A program made the translations under genes and the position numbers. From Candidatus Latescibacterota bacterium (GTDB taxonomy: Bacteria; Latescibacterota; UBA2968; GCA-2709665), in assembly GCA_965237675.1 (NCBI GenBank), contig OZ250150.1:1696001-1760000 (forward strand): a DNA stretch of 64,000 bases. Direction: 5' to 3'. This document shows positions 1 through 10,081 of this stretch, piece after piece (position 1 is the first letter of the stretch; each line of letters starts with the position of its first letter). The notes under the pieces were generated by a model. That model was not told the origin of the DNA and ran no database searches. It worked only from the letters and a program-made list of their open reading frames with translations.

Positions 1-642
1 GTGCGCGTCTCTTTATTGCATGTAGAAGACGTGAAGGGATACGGCTTTTTGCTACAATACGATACGGACAGGTATGACTTCCTGGAGGCCAGAGAATTGG
101 CCGACAGTTTTCTAAAATCGGGCTCCGGCGGGAAGCCGGTGTCGATGGCTTCGAACCGCACGCCGGGAAAGTTGGAAATCGGCGCCGTTAAGATCGATGG
201 CCAAGTCGCCGGCGGGGAGGGCGATCTGGTGGACCTCGTCTTCAGGACGAGCGTCACGCCGTCCGCGGAAGATTTCCAGATAACAGAGAGCGTGCTGGTG
301 GGGCTGGACGGTGCGGTCGAACCGTTTACAAACGTTGAGATAGGCGACTTGAGACCGCTTCCAGACGCCCACGGTCTGGATCGGAACGCGCCGAATCCGT
401 TCAATCCGTCCACGGTCATCGGATTTCGGCTTCCCGAGGCCGGCAGGGTGCGGCTGGTGGTCTACAATCTTCTGGGCCAGGAGGTGCGTGTTCTGGTGAA
501 CGAAAAAATGGAGGCGGGTTATTTCACGATGACATGGGATGGGACCGATGAACTGGGCCGGCGCGTTGCCAGCGGTGTGTATATCTACCGTATGAAGGCC
601 GGCGCCTTCTCGGCGACCCGGAGGATGTTGTTGTTGAAATAG
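1..642 (+). CDS. 5'-truncated secreted protein: cohesin-like domain followed by FlgD-Ig/T9SS type A-like C-terminal sorting domain
   Basis: ORF runs in from the window edge. GYGFLLQYDTDRYDFLEA...GEGDLVDLVF resembles a cohesin beta-sandwich. The C-terminus NAPNPFNPSTVIGFRLP...VYNLLGQEVRVLV...WDGTDELGRRVASGVYIYRM...RRMLLLK is the typical FlgD_ig/T9SS-A CTD. Confidence 0.85.
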   Translation: MRVSLLHVEDVKGYGFLLQYDTDRYDFLEARELADSFLKSGSGGKPVSMASNRTPGKLEIGAVKIDGQVAGGEGDLVDLVFRTSVTPSAEDFQITESVLVGLDGAVEPFTNVEIGDLRPLPDAHGLDRNAPNPFNPSTVIGFRLPEAGRVRLVVYNLLGQEVRVLVNEKMEAGYFTMTWDGTDELGRRVASGVYIYRMKAGAFSATRRMLLLK

Positions 643-815
643 GCTTGTCGACACGCGTCACGTCGATGTGGATGCGCCGGGAGGCTTTTTGTTCGTTCGG
701 GAGTTCCCGGTTGCTCGTTCAGGCTGTGTTGCCCGAAACACCAGAATCACGAAATGAACGTTGAGGCATTCGCTGATTCGCAAGCTTACCCGGTGCAACC
801 GGGACACCCTGTGTC

Positions 816-859
816 AAGGCGCGCCGGTTTCCCCAATCCTTCCGGGCGTCGCCTTTTTT
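816..859 (+). terminator. Possible intrinsic terminator
   Basis: AAGGCG (816-821) pairs with CGCCTT (850-855) around a GC-rich imperfect stem, followed by a T run (854-859). Confidence 0.45.
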
Positions 860-901
860 CCTGAATCCACCTGAGCTTTTTAGATTTCCCACTTACAATA
901 C

Positions 902-954
902 AGTGCCGGGACGCAGGTCTTGATCGTAGGACGCGGGTTCCGGCGCTTTTTTTT
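902..954 (+). terminator. Possible intrinsic terminator
   Basis: AGTGCCGGGAC (902-912) pairs with GTTCCGGCGCT (937-947, G-U pairs allowed), followed by T8 (947-954). Confidence 0.55.
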
Positions 955-959
955 GCCAG

Positions 960-1068
960 GAATCCCTCTGTTTCCGGGGATTCTTCGACTTCGCTCAGAA
1001 TGACATGCTATGCAATCACCATTGGCGAAACCTTTCTGTCAGGTGTCGGCACGAACTGTCATCCTGAG
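960..1068. repeat. REP-like palindromic repeat remnants (TGTCATyCTGAG...CTCAGAATGACA type)
   Basis: Hairpin GAATCCC...GGGATTC (960-983) runs into GATTCTTCGACTTCGCTCAGAATGACA (979-1005). TGTCATCCTGAG (1057-1068) is an 11/12 inverted copy of 994-1005. Confidence 0.55.
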
Positions 1069-1271
1069 GAAGGCCTGCCTGCTGAAGCATGCGAAACAGG
1101 CAGCAGAACCGCGCATTCTTCTGGTTTATCTGGAAGCCGCACCAGGCTTGATCTGTGAGGTGTCGTAGCACCTTCCGTAGCGATACATCCATCAGATTTT
1201 CCTCTGACAGAGCCCGTGCACGACCTCGCCACGCTGTTTGGAGACCTCGACACCCCGAAAACGAAAACCAG

Positions 1272-3160
1272 TCCTAAAATAAGCGAGTATTGATGTTTGG
1301 TGAACAGAATTGCAGATTTGTGCGACGTTGTGGTTGAATGACGTATGTGTGTTGTCTATTGAGGTGCGCGTGAGGTCGTTTTGAGGTTTGTGGAGTGTAA
1401 GTTGGTGAGGTAAAGCGCAGCGTTAGGGGTGTGTTGTTGGTGTCTGGTTGTGGTGTAGGCGTATTTGTCCGTTACGTCGCCGTGGGCGTCGTGGATCCCG
1501 TGGTATGTGATCACGGTTCGTGCGGGTGTCATGTGAATCCGGTGCGTTCGATGGTGGCCCAGGCGCTCAAGAGTCTTTTCAGGGATGGCTGATAGCCGAT
1601 GATGCGCACGGTGGTGCTTCGGGCGTGTCTCACGACACGACAGGGATAAAGGATGATGTGTGTGAGGAAGGTGCGAAAGTCCATTCGGATATATTTTCGG
1701 CGATGGTTTTTGCGATGCATCATCAGGGCAAACCACGACTTGATGTTCCAGGCCAGGGCGGCGATGACCATGTAGGCCCAGTTGCTGATCAGGTCATACA
1801 AGGGCACGCGCAGGGCATTGACGCCGTTTTTGAGCTGTTCGATCACGTTTTCCTGGTCGCATCGTTTGTTGGCAGCAACGACGACCTCGGCGGGCGTGAG
1901 GTCGTCGCGCGTGGTGATGTAGAAGAAGTATCGGAACGTGTCGAAGAGGGTCTGCTGGCCTTGGGTCTCACGGATGTTTTTGCGCAGCGCCACGACGCGG
2001 TAGGGGCGTTTGCACTTGCCGGGCTGGTAGTCAAACTCAGCCACGTCTTCGAAGGTGAGCGTCAGCTTGCGGTAGCCCCGCGCTTTGACGATACGCTGCT
2101 TCTCATTGTCCCGTCGCTGCCTTTTCTGGGGCGCGCGAGGGCGGTGCAGGCGCTGCCAGTTGGCTTCGTCAAGGGCCTCGGCGCGTGTTCGTAAGGTGCT
2201 ATTGCAGTCCATGCCGAAGATGAAATCGACGTCCTTCGCCCAGCGGTCCAAGTGAGCCGTAAGCGAAAAGTCCGTGTCGCCGCGTAGGCACACGCGCGGC
2301 GCGTGGGGCTTCACCAGCGCGATGGCCGCATCGATCCAGGGTGCGGCCCCCTGGTGAGAAGACGCGTTGCCCGGACGGTTGACCACGTACAGCACCTCTT
2401 TGGTGTTGGCCAACGATACGATCAGGGGCGCATAACCCCCACACGCCCTTGTAGGAGATGTCCATACCGCCCTTCTTCTCCCCATACGTCGGAGCGGTCG
2501 TACCATCCACATCGATGTAGGCGACCGGTTCCAGGAGTCTGGCAGCGCGTGTGCGCCACAACTTGGGGCGTACCGCGTTAATGCAGTCCATCAGCCCGAT
2601 CACGTCCGCCTCAGAAAAGCGACGCGTGAAGTCGCCCGCAGTGGTCGGGTCCGGGATCAACTCCGCGTTCAAGGCATTCATGTACGCCTCGTTGTGACGC
2701 AAACGCTCGATGTCCTCCAGACACGTGCCACCGCACATCACGTTGTAGGAAAGGTTCAACACGTGATCCGACTCATGATACGGCAGATGCACCTTCAGCA
2801 ACGCCAACGTCCCGTCGATCTGCTTGACCAATCCCAACTTGGTCACCAGTCGATGCACCGCCGCAATGCCACCAAAGCTCATCGCTTCTCCGTGCGCGCT
2901 GACCTCGTAATGCACATTACCGCTGCCAAACATCGGCTTGGCTTGCGCACAAAATCCACGGGCAAGCTTATGCCGAGCACGTACCCGACGCCCACATTTT
3001 TCACTGTTCCTGCGGCTGTTTTTTGTCGATATTCTTTTCACCGGAAAGGCCCCCTTCGTTGGAGTAGCAATTTCTCGTCCGATACTGCTAACTCCAACTA
3101 AGATAAGTCTTTCCGGTACTTTTGTACACAAAAATCTGAAAAAACCCGCTTATTTAGGGA
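1272..3160 (-). mobile_element. IS1380-family insertion sequence (~1.9 kb)
   Basis: Terminal inverted repeats: TCCTAAAATAAGCG (1272-1285) versus the reverse complement of 3147-3160, TCCCTAAATAAGCG (12/14). Flanked by CCAG (1268-1271) and CTAG (3161-3164). Encloses the transposase, the only minus-strand gene. Confidence 0.85.
1529..3041 (-). pseudogene. IS1380-family DDE transposase, split by a +1 frameshift
   Basis: ORF 2199..3131 gives ...PDPTTAGDFTRRF...YIDVDGT...DISYKGVWG. ORF 1529..2512 continues GYAPLIVSLANTKEVL...CLRGDTDFS...RCDQENVIEQLKNG. Joining them needs one base removed from the C5 run at 2436-2440. GTG start at 3041 follows GAAGGGG. Confidence 0.85.
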
Positions 3161-3180
3161 CTAGACACCCCATTTTTCTC

Positions 3181-3210
3181 TTGACAACATCCGCTCGTTA
3201 GTGTTATCAT
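3181..3210 (+). promoter_or_regulatory. Putative sigma70 promoter for the outer-membrane cassette
   Basis: TTGACA (3181-3186), 18-nt spacer, extended -10 TGtTATCAT (3202-3210). A second TATAAT lies at 3222-3227 in an AT-rich patch. Confidence 0.6.
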
Positions 3211-3513
3211 TTAGCTAATACTATAATGAATCAGTTATGTACTCGTTTCACCGGCGGGTATCGAAACGGCATCGCGAGGGCTTTCTCTGTGGGAGGGGCG
3301 CCGTATTGCCGTATCCGTAATTGTTGGCCCTTCCCCGGTATTTGCTGACGCCCGTTCCAACTGCCGCCGAACGGACTCCGGAAGCAACGCCGGGAACGTT
3401 ACCGGGGGAATCGGTGACAGGTTAAGCCACAGTACTGCAAACGGACCTGGTCCTGCGGGAATTGTCGGCGGCGGCGCTCGCGCGACCTGATCCATCACTA
3501 AGGAGGGCAGTCT

Positions 3514-4257
3514 ATGGGCACATGGAGGGTTACGGCTGTTGTCGGATTTCTGGCGTTGTTTCTCGCAACGGATTCCGGCGCACAGGAGTATCACCGGATC
3601 GGCGGGCGGATAATGCTGGGTTACAACCTGCCCGTTATGGGCCTGCGAACCAACTGGTACAACCAGGCCGTGCGGTGGGGCGGCAGCGTGGTTTACAACC
3701 GGGATGCCAACACCGCGCTCGAGTTTGAATATCATCGGCTGAAATACACCGACGGCAAGATCGAGAGTAAGACGTTCACCTGGAACGAAGACAAGAGAGA
3801 TTATTCAAGCCCGAATTCCGAAGCCAGTATGCGGATCAACAGCGTGCTGTGCAACGTGATTTTTCGACTCGGTGACAAATCAAACCTTTTCTCTAGCCAG
3901 ATGACGTCCCCCTACGTCGTTGCCGGTGGAGGGTTTCACAGCTACAGCAATCGCGTGAGCGGCCTGATTTATCCCGGGCAGAAGGGCATCGCTGTCGAGG
4001 GCGCCGATGAGAACGTACTGGACCCAGGCGTGGTCCTCACACCGGTGGTCGAGAGCCGGTGGGCGCTGGGGGCACATTTCGGGTTCGGCGTCGAACGGTT
4101 CATGACGAACAATTTTTCACTGGATTTCCGGGCTCAGCACAATTTCCTGGTCGGGGACCTCGGTCCGCGGGAGGCCTGGGGCATAAAAGGGGTTATGCCA
4201 CTGCTGCAGATGCTGGATCTGGAGGTCGCTGTCAAATTCTACGAATCGGGAAGGTAG
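3514..4257 (+). CDS. Small outer-membrane beta-barrel (OmpA/PorT-like) protein
   Basis: RBS AAGGAGGG and signal peptide (…FLATDSGA-QE). Alternating strands such as PYVVAGGGF, GAHFGFGVERF, FSLDFRAQH, LEVAVKFY. Confidence 0.75.
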   Translation: MGTWRVTAVVGFLALFLATDSGAQEYHRIGGRIMLGYNLPVMGLRTNWYNQAVRWGGSVVYNRDANTALEFEYHRLKYTDGKIESKTFTWNEDKRDYSSPNSEASMRINSVLCNVIFRLGDKSNLFSSQMTSPYVVAGGGFHSYSNRVSGLIYPGQKGIAVEGADENVLDPGVVLTPVVESRWALGAHFGFGVERFMTNNFSLDFRAQHNFLVGDLGPREAWGIKGVMPLLQMLDLEVAVKFYESGR

Positions 4258-4353
4258 CTCGTCTGGCAGGCCCGGGAAAGGAGGAGGCGTATTCCGAGAC
4301 GGGCATGTAGGCGAATCGTTAATTGGAGAGACCATCAATGCGGAGGTTCGGCA

Positions 4354-7300
4354 ATGAAGAAGTGTGTTTTGTTTATCGGAATTCTTTCCCTCTGCACGGC
4401 ACTGGCTTTAAGCGGAAGCGCCTGGGCCGGCACGACCGGAAAGATCGTTGGGAAGGTCCTGGACAGACAGGGCGAATCGCTGCCTGGCGCCAACGTGGTC
4501 ATCGAGGGCCTGAACCAGGGGTCCACGGCCGATGCGGAGGGGTTCTACGTGATCCTGCGCGCCGATCCGGGGCTTTATACCGTTAAGGCGTCCCTGATCG
4601 GATATCAGACCGAGTCCCAGACGGATGTTCGGGTGCAGGCCGACGTGACCACGGAAGTTGATTTCACGCTCTATGAGGCGACGCTGGAATTGGGGGAGAT
4701 GGTTGTCAAGGCGGAACGCCCTCTCGTAGAGGTCGACAAGACCTTCAGCAAATACATCGTCGGCGCCGATGAGATCGAGCAACTTCCCATCGTGCGCACC
4801 ACCGCCGAAATGATCACGCTGCAGCCGGGCGTTCACCTCGACGGCTCCGACCGCATGCGGGGAAGCAACCGCCCCGGTGAGTGGCGAAGCCGCACGGGCG
4901 GAGACGTGGCCTATTACGTGGACGGTGTGAAAATTGTGAACAGCGACGGCGCCGGCTCCCACAACTGGAAGAGCATCAACCGGTCGACCGTCCAGGAGAT
5001 TTCCGTGGTTACGGGCGGGATGAACGCCGAGTACGGCAATGCTCAGGCCGGGGTCGTCAGTATAATTACGAAAGACGGCGGCCAGAACTTCCACGGATGG
5101 GCGGAGTACCGCCGGCAGCCGCCCGGACAGAAACACTGGGGCGCAAACGTCTACGAAAGCCCGATGCACCTCGACAAGATGCAATGGGGCGAGGGCGTAT
5201 GGGAGAACGAGCGTGATCCCGATACGGGCCGACTCACCCACCAGCGCGCGAACTACGACGAAATCATCGGGCACGAGGTGGAGGGAAATATCTCGGGCCC
5301 GCTTTCCAAGAGCGCTTCGTTCATCGTTTCGGGCAAGACGGCCCGGCTGGCGCCCACGTATCCCAGCGGCACGGCGAGGGGCTATTACGACGACATCGGT
5401 CGGTTTATTCCCTCGCTGACCAATTATCAGGGGTCATACAGCGTCACTGTCCGCGCATCCGAAAATATGAAGATGAAGATCGGCGGGTTGTTCGAGTACA
5501 ACAAGAAGTATATCGGAACCGACCGGGACACCTACCGGAACGAACGGTCCGCGGGTACCTCCAGCGGCGTCATCCGTGGCATTGTGTACGACAACGGGAA
5601 GAACATCTTCCTGCCGGAGGATTGGAGCGCGGCGGGCAAGATGAGCACGAACAACAATATGCAATACCTGGCCATCACCCATTCCCTTTCGCCCAGGACA
5701 TTTTACGACCTCCGGATTTCACGTTATTCAACCGTCGACGACACGAGCGACATTGCGAACACAACGACGGACGTGCGTACGGATGGGGACGGCTGGTTCG
5801 CCGTGGACCGGCAGGTGCGCCAGTACCAGGTTGCGGAACGGAATCGGTACCAGGTCAAGCTGGATCTGGCCAGCCAGATCACCAAGGGGCATTACGTGAA
5901 GGCCGGTTTCGAATTCATCAAGTACAGCATGTTTCTTACCCGCTACACGGGAGAGAGCGCGCAGGCCAGGCGGCTGGAGTTCGCGGGCGCGCAAGGCGTT
6001 ATCGGAGAGCCTGTCAAGCCCCAGCATCTCGCCATCTACGCGCAGGACAAGATGGAGTTCGAAGGCATGGTCATCAATGCCGGTCTGCGCCTGGATCTGT
6101 TCGATCCGGTATCCAAATTTCCGGCCTCGGGCGCTTACGCGTTCTCGCCCATGTACAACTCGCCGCTACGTTTCCAGAATGCGCCCCACCGTAAGCCGGT
6201 CGTGTTCAAGAACCTGAGCCCACGGTTGGGGGTGTCGCATCCCATTACGGCGCGTTCGTCCATGCACTATTTCGCGGGGCTGTTCCTGGCCTATCCGGAC
6301 ATTTATTATCTGTTCAACGGAGATTGGCGGACTTCGGGCCCGGACCAGGACTGGAACGGGAACGGCGTTATCGACTCGGGTGAGCAGTATAACGCCATGC
6401 GGCCGTCATACCCGATACGCAGCGGGCAGGGCACCACCGAAATCCGACCCGAAAAGACCGTGTCGATGGAGGTGGGCGCGGACTGGAACTTCGTGCAGGA
6501 CTATACCGGTGCGATCGCTCTATTTTACAAGAGCGCCAAAGATCAGTACCACTATCATTCCGACGTCCGTTTTTACGCGCCGCACAAGCAGGGCTACGTA
6601 CATCCCTACGCCCGGATCCTCCATAACAACGGGTTCGAAGAGCAGCGGGGACTGGAACTTTCCGTGCGGAAGCCGCTCAGCCACAACTTTGCCATAAACG
6701 TGGCCTACAACATGACCTGGGCGCAGGCCGGGTGGGGCAACTTCGACGCCTGGTTCAACTTCCTCTTTCCCGACTCCCTCTATGTCGCCAGCGGCCGCTA
6801 CTGGTACGAATACAGCGTGGAGAACGGCGTTGAGGTGCCGGTGCCCCTCACTCAGGACCAAATCCGAACGATCGGTCACAATGCCAACATTGCGATTCGG
6901 AGAAACGCCCGGCGGGACGGTAACCCGGGTGGCCGGGGTTACGAGCAGACCAGGATGACCGCCAGGGAGTACGGGCTCATCGGTCTGGACGACTTCGAAC
7001 TGGATCACATCCACGTATGGGCCAGGGGTTACCAGACCGGCCTGAACGCCGACGGCGGCGACATCCGAAACCAGGGCAGCCTGCAGTTCCTCTACCTCAC
7101 GCCGGGGGACTATGGCCCGAATTTCAACGTGTTCGGTAGCAAGATACTCGCCAACTGGCGGGTCAACCTGCTCTGGCGCATGCAGAATACCGGATCGTTC
7201 TGGTACACGCCCGCGAATGCCGGCCGGGAGCGGCGCCTGAGGCCCATCCGCACCTGGACCGACCTGGCCGTTGAGAAGCGCTTTCCGTTCGGCCGGGGGC

Positions 7301-7506
7301 GCGGCGATATAAGCCTGTTCCTGGAGGTGCGAAACCTGTTCAACCAGCAGGACGACAGTTCCTTCAATTCCACCGACTGGACCAACTGGGGCCTGCATAC
7401 GGCCCGTCCGGACAACTCTGAATTCCTCCTGTACGGGGATACCGACGACCGCAGATACTACAGCCATCCCCGGCGCATGGAAATGGGTCTGAGAATGCAG
7501 TTCTGA
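4354..7506 (+). CDS. TonB-dependent receptor with N-terminal carboxypeptidase-regulatory-like domain
   Basis: Signal peptide, then GTTGKIVGKV...LPGANVVIEG...GLYTVKASLIGY. Plug motif ISVVTGGMNAEYGNAQAGVVSIITKDG. Barrel motifs YAQDKMEFEGMVINAGLRLD and SPRLGVSHPIT. C-terminal Phe. Confidence 0.93.
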   Translation: MKKCVLFIGILSLCTALALSGSAWAGTTGKIVGKVLDRQGESLPGANVVIEGLNQGSTADAEGFYVILRADPGLYTVKASLIGYQTESQTDVRVQADVTTEVDFTLYEATLELGEMVVKAERPLVEVDKTFSKYIVGADEIEQLPIVRTTAEMITLQPGVHLDGSDRMRGSNRPGEWRSRTGGDVAYYVDGVKIVNSDGAGSHNWKSINRSTVQEISVVTGGMNAEYGNAQAGVVSIITKDGGQNFHGWAEYRRQPPGQKHWGANVYESPMHLDKMQWGEGVWENERDPDTGRLTHQRANYDEIIGHEVEGNISGPLSKSASFIVSGKTARLAPTYPSGTARGYYDDIGRFIPSLTNYQGSYSVTVRASENMKMKIGGLFEYNKKYIGTDRDTYRNERSAGTSSGVIRGIVYDNGKNIFLPEDWSAAGKMSTNNNMQYLAITHSLSPRTFYDLRISRYSTVDDTSDIANTTTDVRTDGDGWFAVDRQVRQYQVAERNRYQVKLDLASQITKGHYVKAGFEFIKYSMFLTRYTGESAQARRLEFAGAQGVIGEPVKPQHLAIYAQDKMEFEGMVINAGLRLDLFDPVSKFPASGAYAFSPMYNSPLRFQNAPHRKPVVFKNLSPRLGVSHPITARSSMHYFAGLFLAYPDIYYLFNGDWRTSGPDQDWNGNGVIDSGEQYNAMRPSYPIRSGQGTTEIRPEKTVSMEVGADWNFVQDYTGAIALFYKSAKDQYHYHSDVRFYAPHKQGYVHPYARILHNNGFEEQRGLELSVRKPLSHNFAINVAYNMTWAQAGWGNFDAWFNFLFPDSLYVASGRYWYEYSVENGVEVPVPLTQDQIRTIGHNANIAIRRNARRDGNPGGRGYEQTRMTAREYGLIGLDDFELDHIHVWARGYQTGLNADGGDIRNQGSLQFLYLTPGDYGPNFNVFGSKILANWRVNLLWRMQNTGSFWYTPANAGRERRLRPIRTWTDLAVEKRFPFGRGRGDISLFLEVRNLFNQQDDSSFNSTDWTNWGLHTARPDNSEFLLYGDTDDRRYYSHPRRMEMGLRMQF

Positions 7507-7531
7507 TCCATTCCGGTAAACGTCACGAACG

Positions 7532-7563
7532 GCGGGAGCCCGGAGCCGTATGCGGGTTCCCGC
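7532..7563 (+). other. Intergenic stem-loop between the TonB receptor and the next gene
   Basis: GCGGGAGCCCG (7532-7542) pairs with CGGGTTCCCGC (7553-7563). No long U tail, so possibly mRNA-stabilising. Confidence 0.4.
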
Positions 7564-7611
7564 TACCATGCGATTTTTTACTGAGGAACTACAAATGCTA
7601 AGGAGGATACG

Positions 7612-10044
7612 ATGCATTCGAAACGTTTGAACGCCGTCCTGAAAGGGCGCGGCGGATGGGCGTTCGCAGTAGTCCTGGCGATATCCTGGTCCGGACAGGT
7701 CTGGGGCCAGGCGAATCATCCGGGGTCCGCGGGCAGGGCCGCCCTGGAGCGCGGGATGCTGTATACGTCCGTGACCAATTTGGGCACGCAGGGAGGCTCC
7801 ATCGGCGCTGCGCTCTCACGATCTTCCAGCATGGTGTACCCCGCCACGGTGGGCGGCGATATCATTACAGGTGATGGCTGGGCGAGCCAGCTGCCCTTTT
7901 TCCGCGTCGACTGCAACAGCGAAGGGCGAATCGAGAGCACGTCGCACGGGGAGGGCATCGGCCTGGCATTGCGGCTGCCGTCGAGCTTTGCGGGCACGAG
8001 AGCGTACGATTCTTTCTCCCAAAACGAGTTCTACGTGGTATTGACCGGCCCGCGGTCGGACATGCTCGACGAGATCGTGCCCATGGTGGCAGACCCCATG
8101 ATGGACGAGAACCTGGCGTATCTGGGCGGGGAGCCACGGGTGCAACCCTCGTCCGCCGAGGATCCGGGCGAGGAGTGGCGTAAAGGCGCGCCATGGTACT
8201 ACGCGCCCACCTGGAGCGAGAACCTGGCGCAGATTTTGGTGGACGATGCGCTGAATAGGGCCCCCGTGAGGATCAGCAACTGGTCGTTCGGGGAATACGC
8301 GACCGCGGGGCCGCCGGCCGCGCCGTCGTCTCGTTCCGACGAATGGCCTGAAGAAATCATCCTCACCAAGTGGACCACGCTTGCGGGGGTTACCTTTACG
8401 CGGAGGACGATGACCTGGAGCTATCCGGCGTGGGACGACTTTATCATTACGGAGATCGAGTTCGAAAACACGGGCGACAGCAACGGGGACGGCGAGAGGG
8501 ACCTGCCCGCGGAAACGCTGGACGACGTCTTCATTCCCATCATCAACGCCTGGATGCTCACGGACGCGGGGCTTTCCCACTACAACCGGTCGGATGCCTG
8601 GCACTGGTACAATGTGGGCGGTCTCGACGACTGGATCGTTTATACGGAGAATGCCGGCTATTCGGGTCCGGCCAAGGGGCTGAAGATGATCGTGGACTGG
8701 GACGGCGACAGTCCCGAGTTTCCTTGGGACGATACGGGCGATCCCGTCAACCTGCGGATTATTTCGCCGTCGTGCGATACAGGCCGCAAGGACGGTGAGT
8801 TTGCCTCCTACCAATATATGGGCTTCGGTCCGCTGGCCTATCAGGACGGCGGTGAATGGGGCTTCAACTCCCGGGATATCGGCAAGTACGCGCAGCCTGA
8901 GGGTGACCAGCCGCACGCCGTTCGCTTCTGGCGGATCGAAGGCCCTACCGTGTCGGCGGACCCCCGGCCGGGCGCGCACGACCGGCAGACCATGTACAAC
9001 ATGATAACGGAACAGGGCTATCAATCCAATCCTGGAGAGATCGGTGTGTTCTACAGCGCCGAGACCTTCGGCCCGTATTCGCTGGCGCCGGGCGAAAAGG
9101 CCAAACTGGTCGTGGCCTGGGTGGGCGGTTCGGGTGCCGGAGAGAGCGACCTATACACCTGGACGCGGTCGCATCTGTATGACTTCGACGGTCTGAAGAA
9201 GGGCGAGGAATGGATGGTGGAGTTCTTCAAGCGGGCGAAGTGGGCCTATCAGAATGAGTACGACGTGCCCGATTCGCCGCCGGACGTTTACGTGGCGGTC
9301 TCAAACAGCCCGGATGCGCAGAACCTGCTCACCTGGAACTCGGCCGACGGCGCAATGAACCCGGACTATATGGGCGCGGAGGCACAGGACGTGGCGGGTT
9401 ACCGCATTTTCCGCTCCGAGTGGAACCCGGACGGGCCGTGGGACAGGATCGGCGAGGTTTCGGCGGGGACCCATACGTTTACGGACGAGTCGTCGGTAGC
9501 CGGCTTCAACTACTGGTATTCGGTGCGGCCGTTTTCCAGTGGCCACGAAGACTGGGTGGGCCGGGTGGGCACCATGGCCACGCTGCCTGAATTGGTGCAG
9601 GCGCAGGTGAGGGCCGGCCTGGAGGGCGGCCAGTGGGCGCGGTCACAGCGCAAGCCACCGTTTTACAGCCCGAAGCAGCCCGCGGTGGGTGAAACCGAGC
9701 AGTTGGGCCGGGAGGTTTTCGTGGTACCCAATCCGTTCCGGGTTGGCGACGCCAATCTGCAATACCCTGGCAAACCGCAGATCCGGTTCGTCAATGTACC
9801 GAGCAAGTGCTGGATCTACGTGTTCAACAGCGCGGGCGACATGGTCGGAAAGATCCTGCACGACGACCGCACGGATGCGCCGAACGATTCCAATTTGTGG
9901 CTGGGCGAAGCGCAGTGGGACCAGTTGGCGATGTCGCTGGGTACGGGGTCGATTTCAGCGGGCGTCTACTTCTTCGTCGTGGAATCTCTCGTGTCCGAAA
10001 GTCAGGGGAAGAAGCGGATAGGCAAATTCATGGTCATCCGATAA
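7612..10044 (+). CDS. Secreted 810-aa protein with FnIII-like domain and T9SS-type C-terminal sorting domain
   Basis: RBS AGGAGG and N-terminal signal peptide. FnIII-like NLLTWNS...GYRIFRS...FTDESSVAGFNYWYSVRPF. CTD VFVVPNPF...IRFVNVPSKCWIYVFNSAGDMV...QWD...SAGVYFFVVE...GKFMVIR. Confidence 0.8.
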   Translation: MHSKRLNAVLKGRGGWAFAVVLAISWSGQVWGQANHPGSAGRAALERGMLYTSVTNLGTQGGSIGAALSRSSSMVYPATVGGDIITGDGWASQLPFFRVDCNSEGRIESTSHGEGIGLALRLPSSFAGTRAYDSFSQNEFYVVLTGPRSDMLDEIVPMVADPMMDENLAYLGGEPRVQPSSAEDPGEEWRKGAPWYYAPTWSENLAQILVDDALNRAPVRISNWSFGEYATAGPPAAPSSRSDEWPEEIILTKWTTLAGVTFTRRTMTWSYPAWDDFIITEIEFENTGDSNGDGERDLPAETLDDVFIPIINAWMLTDAGLSHYNRSDAWHWYNVGGLDDWIVYTENAGYSGPAKGLKMIVDWDGDSPEFPWDDTGDPVNLRIISPSCDTGRKDGEFASYQYMGFGPLAYQDGGEWGFNSRDIGKYAQPEGDQPHAVRFWRIEGPTVSADPRPGAHDRQTMYNMITEQGYQSNPGEIGVFYSAETFGPYSLAPGEKAKLVVAWVGGSGAGESDLYTWTRSHLYDFDGLKKGEEWMVEFFKRAKWAYQNEYDVPDSPPDVYVAVSNSPDAQNLLTWNSADGAMNPDYMGAEAQDVAGYRIFRSEWNPDGPWDRIGEVSAGTHTFTDESSVAGFNYWYSVRPFSSGHEDWVGRVGTMATLPELVQAQVRAGLEGGQWARSQRKPPFYSPKQPAVGETEQLGREVFVVPNPFRVGDANLQYPGKPQIRFVNVPSKCWIYVFNSAGDMVGKILHDDRTDAPNDSNLWLGEAQWDQLAMSLGTGSISAGVYFFVVESLVSESQGKKRIGKFMVIR

Positions 10045-10081
10045 CCGGCGCGTGGCAATTCCGGGAAGGAGCAATAAGCTT

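Noticed and set aside
1356-2194. ORFs 1356..1736 (-) and 1520..2194 (+) as IS passenger genes
   Set aside because: They overlap the transposase in alternative frames or antisense, are low-complexity and have no motifs.
1249-3171. GACACCCC at 1249-1256 and 3164-3171 as an 8-bp IS target duplication
   Set aside because: It is not flush with the inverted repeats (15 nt away on the left, 3 nt on the right). The CCAG/CTAG flanks fit better.
3215-3513. Cobalamin or c-di-GMP riboswitch ahead of the TonB cassette
   Set aside because: Fragments such as GGGAATCGGTG and GCCAC are present, but no complete B12 box or GEMM architecture could be built by eye.
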